From assembly GCF_021869535.1 (NCBI RefSeq), contig NW_026262604.1, forward strand, positions 3,596,001 through 3,660,000: 64,000 nucleotides of DNA, given 5' to 3'. The notes under the pieces were generated by a model. That model had not been told where the DNA came from, made no database searches, and saw only the letters and a program-made list of their open reading frames with translations. The DNA is from Mytilus californianus (lineage: Eukaryota). The position numbers and the translations under genes were made by a program. Below, one piece after another: positions 26,801 through 40,022 of this stretch. Within the stretch, counting starts at the first letter, position 1; each line of letters opens with the position of its first letter.

Positions 26801-29800
26801 CAATTTGAAGATTTTTTGCAGTTAGAATATTCAGTTTACACCGATTGATAGTACGGATTTTGCGAAAAAAAATCCTCTTTTGTAAACAACTATTTCTTGC
26901 AAAGTCCTGAATTTTGTAGGACAAAATATTCAATTTCATCGTGTCTTTTCATATTCTAGCTTTATGAGATTTTTTTTCAGGTCCTTATTTTACATATCTG
27001 AAAAGTTAAGACTTGTTTTCTACATATTATACAAAAGTGACTTTATACACATAAACGGTACTGAGTGCAGACCAATCAGTTAATATACCAGTACAATGAA
27101 TTTATAATGAAGTAAAAACCTTTTCAATATATAAACTTAATATGTTTGGACTATTGAATATTTAGAGCAAAGCTGTGCTTGTGCAAGCATTGAACTCTTT
27201 CATATTATATTAAATATCTTGGATATTTTTAATCAGTTTATCAACCGTTGCCAGATCGTCAGACATTGAATAACGATTGAGTTATAAATGATAAAATTGA
27301 GAATGAAAATGGGGAACATATATATTATTTGTATGTGTATTTGTATGAAATGTTTACCCTATGTTTATGTACACCGCCGGCATTATTGGCATTTAACACA
27401 AAAACATACGAAACTGCTTGCGGTAGAAAATCCAGTAATATTTCGTCCAGCCTGTTGTATTCCCCTATTCCAGGTGTGTCTACAAATATAACGTTTCCCT
27501 ACAAATACATAATGTATAGGCATTGTACTGTTATATTTGACAACACTAATCTGTATACAGTTTTATATGTTATAACAATCAATTGAGACGAATCGCTCTC
27601 CTATATGTTTGAGTGCTGATGTAAACTGTGTTCATGCGTCCTATAGAGATAAAATAGAATTAAATAAGTTTATTCCGATAACCTTTGTGAATACAATGGT
27701 ATACAGAAAACAATAACAACAAAGTTACCCTCTGTCACAACAATGGTGAAACATGAGGTTTACATAGAAATATTTAAATATGGACCGGATTATTAAATGA
27801 AGTAGTAAAAATCTCTTTGTTATGCCTACTATACTTTGAGGTAGTTGTTCGCCTTATACATGCTGTCGCTTGCATTCATTGAAAATTTGATACTTGAAAA
27901 TGTTAAGATATATATTACGATTAATTTAAAGATTCGTGACATCATTTCAGATATAGCATAGCAATGAATGATACTTATCAAAATATTTTACTGATTGTTA
28001 TATTAATATTCAATTAATGTTTTCATGGTTTGTATAAAAATACATGCTTAATTATAGACTGCATATGTTTAAAATTGTAATATATTGTATATCATGAATA
28101 TGCACCAAGTTGTACTTTAAAATAAAAATATCTATCTAAATATCTATAGCCTCCCATTTTATTATTCAAAAAATTGATTTCAACATGGGTTCAACAGTGA
28201 TGCCAAGTCCTAAAGCTTTTTTTAAATCATATTCAAAAGCTAAAAATAAGGATGTATAAATGTATCAACATTAATATTTAAACTTGGACATAATAATTAA
28301 AAATAAAAAATGGTTGTTGTTTTCACTGATTTAACAAGAGTGTACAAATCGATCGATTGAACCAATTACAAGATAGACCAAAGGCATTAAGTGCACTCAG
28401 TCATACCTGATAAAACTGATTGGTTTGTTTCAATGATTAGATTATTATAAAACTTTTTAAATCAAATTGAATACGGTATCAAATTGTCATTAGGTTATTG
28501 AACTCAATTGTGGCAAGTATACTTCTTTGACTAATCATTGCAGTTAACTGTTTCGGGTAGACATGTATGTCAATTTGAGTAAACAGTTAAACCGAGTAGG
28601 TTATCACAATCTAGATGAAAGGATATACAAGATCGACACATTGATAAAGTTGTCGATAATGTCAAATCTCATTTCAGTTTTATTCTATTCAGATTCGAAA
28701 GTATGTATTTTGCAAACAATACATTCAGGGAAAAATTCACTCAAAATATGCAAACTATAAGATAAAAACTGTTCGTATGTTTTTATACGGGTTTTTGTAA
28801 TTTGGAATTTTTTCCCTATATTTGGATAAAGTGAATGAATTTCTCTTTAAGATATATGCAAATCAGTCACATTCAGTTTTAACAATCAGAAGTTTTAATT
28901 TGAAGACCTTAATAGAAATTTAGATTAATTCACATTGACAAACTAAACAAAATAGGTATCGTAATTACCCTATAACAAACTTTGATTTTCAGCTATTTCT
29001 ATTTTAAACTAGAAAATACTTGTTTTTATCACCATGACAATACAATTGCGATAAGTAAAGATAGCTTTGTTGAATTTATCATTACTACATACACATCTGT
29101 AGTTACGTAGCATATCAAATACCGCAACGAATACTATGTTACTGAGTTAGCTCTGGTAGCTTTGCAAACAATTTTACCTTCAAAAACGGCACAGGTAGGT
29201 ATACGTCAACATAGTTTATGGCTTCCAAATTCTTTTCACTATTTTTAATAACAGTTAATTCCTTGATAACAGATTTCAGTGTTTTAATATCTTGTATGTC
29301 TTCGTGTTTCTCCAGAAGTTTGTCTTCTGAATAACATTTTAATCCCAACTCTTTCGAATTTCGGATCCTAGTTATTGTACCAGTTGATGCTGTGTTACTT
29401 GTTACTAAAACCGTTTTCCCGATAAGCAGATTGATAAGAGTTGATTTACCTGCACTAGTTTCTCCTAAAAGAAGAAAAAACTTCATTTTATAACCCTAAA
29501 AAGAAACATAATTTTACTATGTTTAACTCTTCAAACATACGTAGTTTACGGCTACATAACATTATTTCAACGCTAAACATATTCATGTTTAAACGACACC
29601 TACATGCTTTAACTATTCAAACAATATATTTAAAGACGTTATTCATATATGTTTTGACACTATAGACAAATATTATTAACACTACACACATTCATGTTTT
29701 AACGATACCCACATTTATGTTTTAATTCTACCAACATAAATGTTTTAACTTTACATAAATTCATGTTGTAACGCTAAATTTTAATGCTGTAACGATACAA

Positions 29801-32800
29801 ACATAGTGTTTTAACGATACAAACATATAATGTTTTAACAATACAAACATACATGTGTGTTCTTATTATGACATTTATATGATATGAGTGTTTGTTGTTG
29901 TGTTTAAGCAACAAGCAATTATCAATCTTAACTCTGTAAAGAGTTTACAAGAAACATCTGATGCAGGGATTAAAACTATTTACTAGCAAATCATGTAGTT
30001 CGTTTGAAGACCTTGGCAGTCATACCACGTCTTCCTAAATCTACTTATGATTTTTTTTTAATTGTTTTGCTGATTATTTCGTAATTTGTTATCCATTTGT
30101 TTGATGTGTTTGAGGTTTTGATTTTGCCATTTGATTAGGGACTTTCCTTTTTGAATTTTCCTCGGAGTTCAGTATTTTTGTTGTGTTACGTTTTACTGTT
30201 GTTTTTTATTTCAAGTTGCAATGCGGGTCAAAAATTAAATGATCAATATATAAAAGTTATAATTGGCATATACATGTCTCTGGTTTATTAAGTATAATCC
30301 TAACATTTTTATTATGTACTTTTTCTATAAAGCAATGTATGACGTTTTCCATTATGTTAAAAAGATATTTGCATATACCATCTGGTTGATCTGTTATATA
30401 TTTACGATTACTTTTTTTACATTTGAGATATAGTTTAAATACATGATTGTGTCCAAAACTTATCTTATAGACACTATGGATTGTTTTACGTGGACGTGTG
30501 CAACATGATTATAGAACATAATGAAATATCGTAGAGACAATTGTTGCAAGATATGGTGCAAATTTGTCCCCATGTTTTCAGAGAGAATTACGATCACCAC
30601 GACGACTTACGCCGATTAAAGACAATAGTTTAAAACAACATACAGTCAAAGGTGACAAGTCTAGTTTAAAAAAAAGGCGAAAAAAACACAAGTGTTGCTG
30701 ACAAACCTGTCACCAAGATTCCACAATCGTTTCTTATCAAATCACGTTTTGCAGCTTCGAAAACAGACATGAAGTTTGGACAGGCTGCAGTTAATTCATC
30801 TCGTAGGTTTTTATCATAATCGAGTGAAGTCAGTATCTCTTTCACGGATTCAAATATAACGTGTAAACTTTTAACTTGTTCATCTGGAGACATTTTAGTT
30901 GTCGGTCCTCTGAAAAATATCATAACTTTGACATTTTATTTTGTCATAATTGTCTAGAGGAAAGTATATGTTTCTTATTATTTTTCATATTGCTTACTTA
31001 TTTTGCAAGATTTTGATATAATAGCAAACACTGTATTCATGGATCAATGACCAACAACTGAGTAAAGTTTTTATGTGATAACCAAATCAACAGATAAAAG
31101 GCAATGAGTATTACGTTAGAGAAAAAGGCAAGCCACTTTATTAATTGGTTGTTAAAAATATATTTACTTTTGCGAAAGTGGTGTATCTGTATAGTCTTCT
31201 TTGCCATCTTTTCTTTCTGCAATTGTACAGCAAAAATCACAACTCCTTGATTCGTAAAAGTAAAGTATAAGTATCAATCCTGTTTAAAAAACTACTGAAT
31301 AAATGTAAGTATATTTAGAGTGGATAAAGAACTGTCAATTACATTTTGTTGGTGTTTACCCACATTTATCTCTATTCAAATATTTCATATCTATCCCTCT
31401 AGTTTGTTTTTGATTTTCATCTTTTTGGTGTAGGTTTTTCACCGATTTTAATGAGAAAACTAATTCTATCAAATTCCTCATGATGAGATTTAGGCAACAG
31501 TTATTTACCAATTTGCAGAGACAGATCAAGTGACAAACAAAACCAGTGGGAATCGAATTAACCCCCCCCCCTAAAAAAGAAACATGGCTTGTCGACATGG
31601 TAAGTGTCTCCTGCTATGCACGCACTTCCAACCATGAGAAAAAAATTAACAAACGCGACAAGGAAACAATCGGTAAAATTATACATTAGTTTAATATCCA
31701 TTTTTTTAATATCTTTGTTTCCAGTAACTCAGCCTATGGACTCTTACAGTTTTAAGAAATTTATTCCTCCTCCCAAACATCAATATTGAAAAAAATTACC
31801 AGCGTATTGATTATTGATAATTTGTATAGCATTCAAGATTTTTATTTCAGTTCGACAACCACATGTCAAGATAAGATTCATTTTACATCTTACTGATGAA
31901 GGATATTAGTTATCCGAAATATCTAAAATTTGTTCATGATTTAATTATTTTTTGGTGATGTTGAACCCTTTTAGACTTGTTATATATTATATTTTGTAGT
32001 ATACTGTATCATAATTTTATGATCTATCGCCCCGTAAGATTTATCGTTGGCTATTATTCAGTCATTTAACATTTTTTAATATCTATATATCTGAGACGGC
32101 AAAATCATGTCAGTCAACCCAATTGATAATTTCAAAATTGAAATAACCTCGTTTGTCATAAATTCTGGTACTGAGATGACTGCTTAAGAATGTGTCAAAT
32201 TCGAGGTACAAGTCTAAAAAATCGTATGGGTTCCGTGGAACCCTATGTCTCGCCTTCTTTTGCTGTTAATAAGATATTTGAAATTTATAAAAAAAAGTTA
32301 TGTTTCTAAAAAATGAATACAGTATGCAATGAAATCTATAGATTTATATAAGAGTGGAAACATAAATTTATTGAATGAACAAATGATAAAGAAAATAATT
32401 TTTACATTGCTTGAAGATTTATCCCTTCATTAATCAATTAAAATGCATGTAATAAGAAGATGCAATTATAAAATTTTGCTCAAAATAATTGATGCAACTA
32501 AAGTTGCAGGCTCAACAAAAATGTGGACAAAATTATTAAAAATTTTCCTCTAGATACTATCTTTTGATTGTAAGAAGCTTCTGTCCAAATTTGGTAGAAA
32601 TTCAGAATGGTTTATGAATCTAATAAATGTTTTAAAAACTTTAACTGCAGACTGTATTTAATGTATGTAATGTTAATTGGAAGAAAAACTAAGTCCATTT
32701 ATATATGGAAAAACAGGAAATAAATTTTTACCACAGAGTAATTGTTATCTTAACTGGCGGAACAACTAAGTCCATTTATCAGTAAAATAAGGATAAATAA

Positions 32801-35789
32801 GGATTTTGTTTTAACAAAATGAACTTCTGGATACTATATTATGATCTTAACCCATTTCTCTGACGTCAGTCTATTGTTCTTACTGTAGATTATTTTTCAA
32901 GAATCCACTGACCACAGTATTAACTTAAGAGAACTTTTATTATAACTTTAAACTTTTAACTTACGATCTTTTATCCTCTCAAAAACGAGTGGCATGTGTA
33001 GGATTCAAACCCGTTCGCATTTTCTTCATGATCAATAGAGTCTTCAGTCTATGCATGATACCACAAGACCACGATGGCTGACATCAATCATTATATGAAT
33101 AGTACTCTTAAAGCGTTTAATTGTCAATACATGTCATTTAACTGTATTTCTGTCTCATTGATAATTCGCTTTTGTAATCTAATGAACTATATATATCTTG
33201 GTTTGTTTAAGTTTATTGAATTTGTTTTATTTTGGGTGGTTTTTTTTTAAGAAATGGATTAAAACTACTTCTTTGACAGTAAAAACAGAAACAAAATCAT
33301 CGCAATTATATCAAAATGAAATATATAATACTTCTACATATTCTACGATTAAAACAATATTTGGGTCCAGAAAAAAATTACAATGAAAAAATTTCATCCC
33401 GGATACAAGGGTCGAACTTTGCACTGTTAATATCACCGTTATGACATTCGTTACCAACGACTAGACGATCACGGCTATGAACAGCTTGTTGGTAAGTTTA
33501 TGAAATCAACATAATTATTCATTGTACATCCGTAGCAAGAGCAATTCTGATGGGGATTCAGAATGCGTACCACAGATAAAACTAGTTTATTGACCGGTGA
33601 ACGATATATGCTAAATGGAATAACGTTAAAATAATCTTAACTTAATGAAACGGAAACAGTTTAAACAAAATTTAAATATAATTGTTCAATTTAAATGGTA
33701 AGCACATAATTTTAATACATTAGGAAAGCAACATGAATTTGAGCATTATGAAATGGCAGATTTATGGCATCAACGCTAATAATATTTATTTGACTAAGAA
33801 CGGCTTAACGTTGTTTGGCTTCAATATACCAAATCATGTTGCTAAATATTATATAAATAAATGTTGAAGGTTCTAAATTTTGGTAATTAAAATTTGTTAA
33901 CTTTTCAAAACAAGATAAATAAATTCTGTATATTAATATACACGATATATGTCTTTTTGAATAAATTAAATATACCAAAATCCATTCAATTTAAATAATT
34001 TGTAATAATTAAACATTAAATGAAATATGTATATACAAAAATAAAATCTGGTGTTAAAAAGGGGAGCTAACATCCCATTAAAGTTATCTTAAACTTATGT
34101 CAACTTGTCAAATGTCTAAATATAGATGCGAACCGTGTGGATATAATCATTTCCAGCTATTATAGAATAAAAAAGACAAAATACGAAACTATTTTTTATG
34201 AATTATCGTTGATTCATTATCAAAACGTAAAAAAGATAGTCGTTTTACTAAAAATGGGTAACGCTAGAGAATTGATAAGAAGAAGTGGATTCGGAAATGA
34301 TAATCAACTTGCGACTAAAGTCGCTCGTTGATTATCGGTTACGAATCCACTACGTCTTATCAATTCTCTACAACATAAACAAGCTTATTTCCAAGAATGT
34401 TAGAAATCCAGGATATTTTAAGAAAGTTATTAAAATTTAAAAAAACTTGAACCACAGAGTGAATGTAATGTTAACTAGCAGAAAAAATATGTCCATTTAT
34501 AAGTACAATACAGATAAACAGGATTTATTTTTACAAAATTTACTTCTGGATACTATCTTATGATCATAAACAAGCTTCTGTATACAGAGTGAATATTTGT
34601 GGACGCCGACGACAGAATGTAGGATCGCTATGTCTCGCTTTTGCGACAAAAGTCGCAGGCTCGACAAAAATGAGGCAGAGGAAGTCGTGTCTGTGTTTTT
34701 TTAATTTCTAGTTCTGACGGATACATTGATGGAACCCAATCAGAAAAGTTTGATTTGTTAAAGGAAAGATCATCATCAATATACCTGTTGTATCAAATCT
34801 AGAAAATATCTTTTTTCTTGGGAAATGATATCACGATCTCAATTGGTCATACAAACTGGAATTACTATTTCTACCTATACAATATTATATTAGTGTTATA
34901 AATTTTCCGTATGCTTTAATTGACATATATGAAAAATAGAAAATAAACTGGACAAAAGATAAAAAGGTTACAATCAAGTCCACAAGTTGAAAAATACATG
35001 ACGATACCATTGCAACAACAACCAAAAAACGGCAATAGGAAAAACAAACATTGAGCAACGCAATGATGGCGTAGTCTAATGTGATCCGGGAGGATAAATA
35101 GATCCTTTTCAACGAGTAGCATCCGTTGTATTGAACGCTAGTAAACGAAGTAAATATTTGGTAATGTGAACTATTTTCCGATAGGTCACATTCGGTGATA
35201 CATTTATCAAGAAAACCTAATGCTTAATGATGTACGCGCTGCAATGCATTTTTTTAATATGCAAAGAAAAATGTCTTTCAGCAATTAAATACAGAAATAC
35301 GTGGAAAACAGCAATTCCCGTAATTTGGTTTTACGCTTAAATTGTTTTAAAATATTCTTTATCAGCTTTACTTAGATTAACAGTTTTTCAAATGCAGATG
35401 TGTAAAGTTTTGACTAAGGGTATATTCGAGTTGCTGGTAATGAATGCATAGCAGGAGGCGTTTACCATGTCGCTTCACCCGTTACAAGTGTTCTGAACTT
35501 TTTCTGTATAGCATAATTGGGATCCAACCAATCATATCAATAATGGAATGTATCTCTCTACAGAGTACCTATGCTTCCTTGACCGGGTTTTGCAATACTT
35601 TTAGGCCCCTTTCGGTCATATCAGATTTTTTATTTAGAATTATGATATATATTTTCAAATACTACTGCCTTCAGGATCGCTGAAGAGACATAAGTTGTCG
35701 AAATAAGTATTGGTGCTGTAAAGTGGTTAATAATCTCATGACAAAATATATAAATCCTTACCTGAATCGAACTGCTTCGATGACGACAT
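23073..35789 (-). CDS. Gene A: dynamin-like GTPase (BDLP/mitofusin-like, Dynamin_N type), 9 coding exons, 682 aa
   Basis: Manual model, complement(join(23073..23837,24352..24493,24876..25057,25593..25844,27358..27498,29178..29464,30707..30909,31168..31216,35762..35789)). Total 2049 nt, open frame, all introns GT-AG, phases 1,2,1,0,0,0,2,0. Motifs GETSAGKS, TGTIT, DTPG, TNQWD; C-terminal helical region with a hydrophobic stretch. The model is mirrored exon-for-exon by paralog B. Confidence 0.88.
24352..24493 (-). CDS. Gene A exon 8 (FLNNFIQNAWRGTL...KVNCFL)
   Basis: tcgtag| to |gtaaat, 142 nt; homologous to B exon 8. Confidence 0.87.
24876..25057 (-). CDS. Gene A exon 7 (IIKEKDAK...KRVEYYYR)
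   Basis: tttcag| to AG|gtttgc, 182 nt; the 3' part is homologous to B exon 7. Confidence 0.8.
25593..25844 (-). CDS. Gene A exon 6, G4 (LSKILET...TNQWD...RISLKQ)
   Basis: tttcag| to CAG|gtgagt, 252 nt. Confidence 0.9.
27358..27498 (-). CDS. Gene A exon 5, G3 (GNVIFVDTPGIGE...AGGVHKHR)
   Basis: ttgtag| to |gtaaac, 141 nt, DTPG motif. Absent from the ORF track because it has no start codon. Confidence 0.92.
29178..29464 (-). CDS. Gene A exon 4, P-loop (GETSAGKSTLINLLIG...VDVYLPVPFLK)
   Basis: ttttag| to |gtaaaa, 287 nt; contains the G1 and G2 motifs. Confidence 0.92.
29565..29855 (+). repeat. Degenerate ~21-bp minisatellite (ATGTTTTAACGATACAAACAT-like), gene A intron 3
   Basis: atgttttaac/aacgatac motifs recur many times. 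Confidence 0.6.
30707..30909 (-). CDS. Gene A exon 3 (GPTTKMSPDEQ...RNDCGILVTG)
   Basis: tttcag| to |gtttgt, 203 nt; homologous to B exon 3. Ends in the first base of the P-loop Gly codon. Confidence 0.88.
31168..31216 (-). CDS. Gene A exon 2 (ERKDGKEDYTDTPLSQK)
   Basis: Acceptor ttgcag|, donor |gtaaat, 49 nt. Same length as B exon 2, with a conserved ~30-nt acceptor context. Confidence 0.8.
32228..34670 (-). mobile_element. Same HINE-like family, split by a ~1.5-kb insertion, in gene A intron 1
   Basis: Palindrome GGGTTCC-GT-GGAACCC at 32228. The repeat unit breaks at ~32851 and resumes at ~34375; the GCGACAAAAGTCGC end is at 34643-34670. Confidence 0.65.
35762..35789 (-). CDS. Gene A coding exon 1 (MSSSKQFDS)
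   Basis: ATG at 35789, donor G|GTAAGG, 28 nt, phase 1. Matches B exon 1 (MAASKQCDS) in length and sequence. Confidence 0.75.
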
Positions 35790-36174
35790 GGTAGCCTATG
35801 TACCATCAAGCTATTTCCTTCAATATTATAAAATATAGAAACATAAAGAAATCGATTCTTATGTCTACCTTAATTTATCACAATTCACCCGTAAATATGG
35901 TCAACAATATTTTTCCTATACTCAAATGTGTATTTATGACATTCACTATATAAAACCGAAGCAAACATTAAATGTATTTATGTACACGTTATATCTCATT
36001 CTACAAAAAGTTTAAGATTTGTCTTTTTATTATTAAATCATGAATAATTTCAAAATACATTAATACGCAGACAGTAATGAACGCTTCTATTCCAGTAAAA
36101 ATAAATCGCGAAAAATATTATTGAGAATGTATGTACTCGTTTATATTTTTCTTTTGCTGAATATTATATACATA

Positions 36175-36432
36175 CAGTTCAGTGGTTGTCGTTTGTTGAT
36201 GTGGTTCATAAGTGTTTCTTGGTTTTTTTTATAGAAATTAGACCGTTGGTTTTCCTGTTTGAATGGTTTTACACTAGTCATTTTGGGGGCCCTTTATAGC
36301 TTACTGTTCGGCGTAAGCCAAGGCTTCGTGTTGAAGAATGTACTTTAACTTATAATGGTTTATTTTTTTCAAATTGTGACTTGGATGGAGAGTTGCCTCA
36401 TTTGCACTCATTCCACATCTTCTTATATCTTT
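36175..36432 (+). repeat. Partial copy of the same abundant interspersed repeat
   Basis: Near-collinear with 56538-56787. Confidence 0.75.
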
Positions 36433-36800
36433 ATAGAGTTGAAAACATGATTGAGACTTTCAAAAAGTATACACATTGATATTTGATAAATTCAACTCAT
36501 TAAAGTTTATTACTAAAAATTGTTATTTACTTTCCTACCTTCATAAGACAGCTTAGAAAAACACCTCGACTTCTCAGTATCTTTATAACATCGTATTGGG
36601 ACATCGTATGATTAAAATATACTGATAACCCAAACTGACACAATAAACAGATAAAGAATAAATAACTTCAAGGACATTGACTGAGTGAGACCAAAAGATA
36701 AATTGATATAAAACAAATATAATTGTTTAATATTTTTTCTCATCAAATATACCTGTAAATGGATGTTTGGTTAATATTTCTCTAATAAAAAATTATCATC

Positions 36801-37015
36801 CGAATTCTGGGTCCTCGGTGCTCTTAAACTTTGTTAATTATTTTGCCTTTTTAACTTTTTCATTCGAGCGTCACTGATAAAATTAAAAATGGAAATGGGG
36901 AATGTTTCAAAGAGACAGCAACATGATCAAAGAGCGGAAAACATCCGACTTTTTGTAGTCAAAACGCGCGTCTTGGAAACTCATTATTAGTCCTATTATC
37001 ATTCTACGATGAGTT
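36801..37015 (+). mobile_element. Decayed retrozyme fragment whose hammerhead is split by a ~68-bp repeat insertion
   Basis: gagcgtcaCTGAT[insert 36879-36946]GActtttgtagtcAAAAcgcgcgtc. Confidence 0.7.
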
Positions 37016-38310
37016 TATGAAAAAAAAAACCAGAACAATTTTGTTAATCGCGGTTACATACGCATTTAGAAATTATGTACTCTTTCTAACTGTCTATACT
37101 TAATCAAGAATGATTGCAACATATTAATAATCAAAACATTTGTGTCGAGCTAACTGTTTTACTCAATCTGGGTGACTTTTTTTTTTGGTATCTTGTCCTT
37201 TTGATTTGCAAAAAAAAACTTTTGTTTGACCATCATTTATTTCCTTTTTACTACTTGTTGGCTGTCTTATTTTTGCTGATCCCAGTGCAATGCACTCCAA
37301 AGTTATATGCTCTGATCGCGATCGTGACATCAGCGGAGTCAGAATAAATCAAAGTTACACGATTTTGTTTTCCTTTTGTTAAAGCTTTTATACTGAGGAT
37401 TTGTTAAAAGAAAATACATGGTCAAACAACCACATATTTGTAATTTGACGAAAGTAATTATGACTCTTTTTAAATGATGATTCCCATGGTGATTTTTTAA
37501 TACTCAATGTTTATGTTTTTTAAGAAGTTCGAAACTACCCATTTCAGATGTCAACGCTAACAAGAGTATTTTTTGACAGTTTCATACTGTTAAGCGTTCC
37601 CCTTTTCATATAAAGCGGCTTAGAGTATGTACTCACAAACATTTTTTTTCTTACTTCTTTTTCTGTTGTGTGTGTGTGGATTTTGTATTAATATAGTTTA
37701 AATCATTATTGTAATATTTGTTTCAAATAGCATAAGTATACTATACCCTTCTTCAGTTGTATTTTATACAAAGGTCCACCAAGGTATTTTCATTTGGCAA
37801 ATTAAATAAGATGTCGGTATATGTCAACGTAAAAGCAACTTCAAAATTACAGTTAGATTTAACCAGTTATTTATTTATGCCCCGCCAACAATAGCGGGGT
37901 GTTATGTTTTTTGTTTGCCTGTCCTGCCTGTCGTCTGTTCTGTATAAGGTTTGAGATTTTGGTTTTGGTAGCTTAACATCAAGTTGTGGCCAAATGAGAA
38001 TGCTGCATATTCTACATGCTTCTTATTATGTGAACTGGTCTTAAATATATATACCAAATTAAGATATTTACCCGATTTCAAGGTTCAAAGAACAAATTTG
38101 GAAATATGAAATCAGAATGTGTGATTGTTGGCATTCAATGAGTCTTAGTTGCATGAATCTTTTTTGTAAGTTGTTATTGGTTAAACTAGCTGTCAATAAC
38201 TGCAAGTACTCTCAGATCTTTACAATTTTGTTGTGGGAATGTACAAGAACCCTGCCTAGTCCACTGTGTGTTATTGTTAGATGTATTTCTGCGTTACACC
38301 ACTATCCCAG

Positions 38311-39476
38311 CAGGGGTTCAAATTAACATTAGGTACTGGAAGGTCCAGGACCTTTGACACTCCAAACTGAAAGGTCCACAACCTAAATTCCAGGTCCTCC
38401 TTTTACTTGAAATATTTCCTAACATAGTAAGATACAAGTAACAAAATTAATGTGCTGTTGGTGTTAGGTCAACTTGTTTCATTGTCAAAGTCACTGTTGT
38501 ATAAAATATTTAATAACAATTGTAATTGTCTTGTATATTATAATTCAGATAATCTTTTTTTTTTTTGTTATTGAGGAGGGTGTCACCATGGGTGGGTGTG
38601 TTGTCTCAACTATTGGTAATTTATTACTACTTATACCATTTTATAAAACAATTCAAATTCAAAGCTGTTTAAGCAGAGACGTATATACATGTGAATATAT
38701 GTCTCTGGTTTAAGTGTATCATATCTAGTTGCACTATTATAATGCATTAGTTCCTCTGTGAAAATAAGACAAGAAACTTCCAAATTTGTACTGGTCCTTT
38801 AAAATTGGGAAGACATTACCTCTTGGAATTGTAGTAATACTTTTACACTATACAAAAATCTACATGCAATATCAATATTTATTAATGATAAAGAAAATTA
38901 CCGTCACATTTTTTTGGATTTTGAGATGAAAATTTATTATCTAAAAGTAATTTTGAGTTTCTGTAAAAAAATATTTCCTACTTTTTCTTTCTTTTCAATA
39001 TATCTTTTGGTTTTCAATTCTAGTGTTTATATTTTATCATCATAGATGTATTTTGTCAACTGCCTGGAATTATTATTTTTTCATTGTATTTGATCGGCAA
39101 ACCCGGAATTACCCTTATCCGCTGTGGATCGGATCCGTTTTTTGTTATTTTCTTCATTTCCGGTTTATGGCATCCAATGTTTTTCAATGTTGTTTTGTCA
39201 GTCAGATACGATTTTACTCGGATTTACACATTACTAGTTGGCAATTTTCGGTATAAAGCTAGCGGTTGAACAAAATGAACATCGCTGTCATGAATAATAA
39301 TGATGAAAATACATTTTGAGATTGTTTGGAAATTTTTGTTTAAAAAGGTCGGCAAAGTTAATTTTTATTTTCTTTCAAACAGAAGGTCCGTCGGGCGTAG
39401 CTTGTAACCAAAACGAGAGTCCGACTGCAAAAATGGAAGGTCGCGGACCTCGGACCACCGCTAATTTGAACCCCTA
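38311..39476. mobile_element. Probable hAT-type non-autonomous element
   Basis: (C)AGGGGTTCAAATTA ... TAATTTGAACCCCT, 14-bp perfect TIR with GC-rich subterminal GGACC/GGTCC motifs; no clean 8-bp TSD. Confidence 0.55.
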
Positions 39477-39849
39477 GGACTCCCAGGGAAGGGTTGACGC
39501 TCCTTCAAAATAGTTTATCCCCTCCACATTTTGTGTCATTGACATAGCTTCTTCTTGATTTCTGCTAGATCTATACATTTTACATTACAATAATTAAAAT
39601 GACTATATTACACAATGATGATGCTAACGGCTGTTTCACGTCCAGTGGCAAATTAATGCATACTCATGACAGAGACATGTTAACGTAAATTAATAATGAC
39701 TCTGTTTAATACCGACACGCTGAGCCATATTTTTAATGTGCTATAAGAAAAAGAAGATGTGGTATGATTTCCAATGAGACAACTCTTCACAAGAGACCAA
39801 ATGACAACGAAATTAACAACTATAGTTTACCGTACGGCCTTCAACAAGG

Positions 39850-40022
39850 TTCCAGTCTGCAGGAAAAAAATGTCACCCTACCCTGATACATTATTCTGAC
39901 TCCAAGGTAACTAGTTTTTTTTGTAACTCCCTTATGCTGCATGCTTAGTGGAGAAGTAGCAAATACCAAATTTCGAGTTTTCTTTAAGACAAACACTCTA
40001 CCGCGAGACCATCTAGCCGGTA
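39850..40022 (-). mobile_element. Decayed tRNA-SINE of a second family
   Basis: The minus strand has a degenerate tRNA-like head and a body ggtatttgctacttctccactaagcatgcagcataaggag. A similar SINE-type head lies at 965-1025. Confidence 0.5.
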
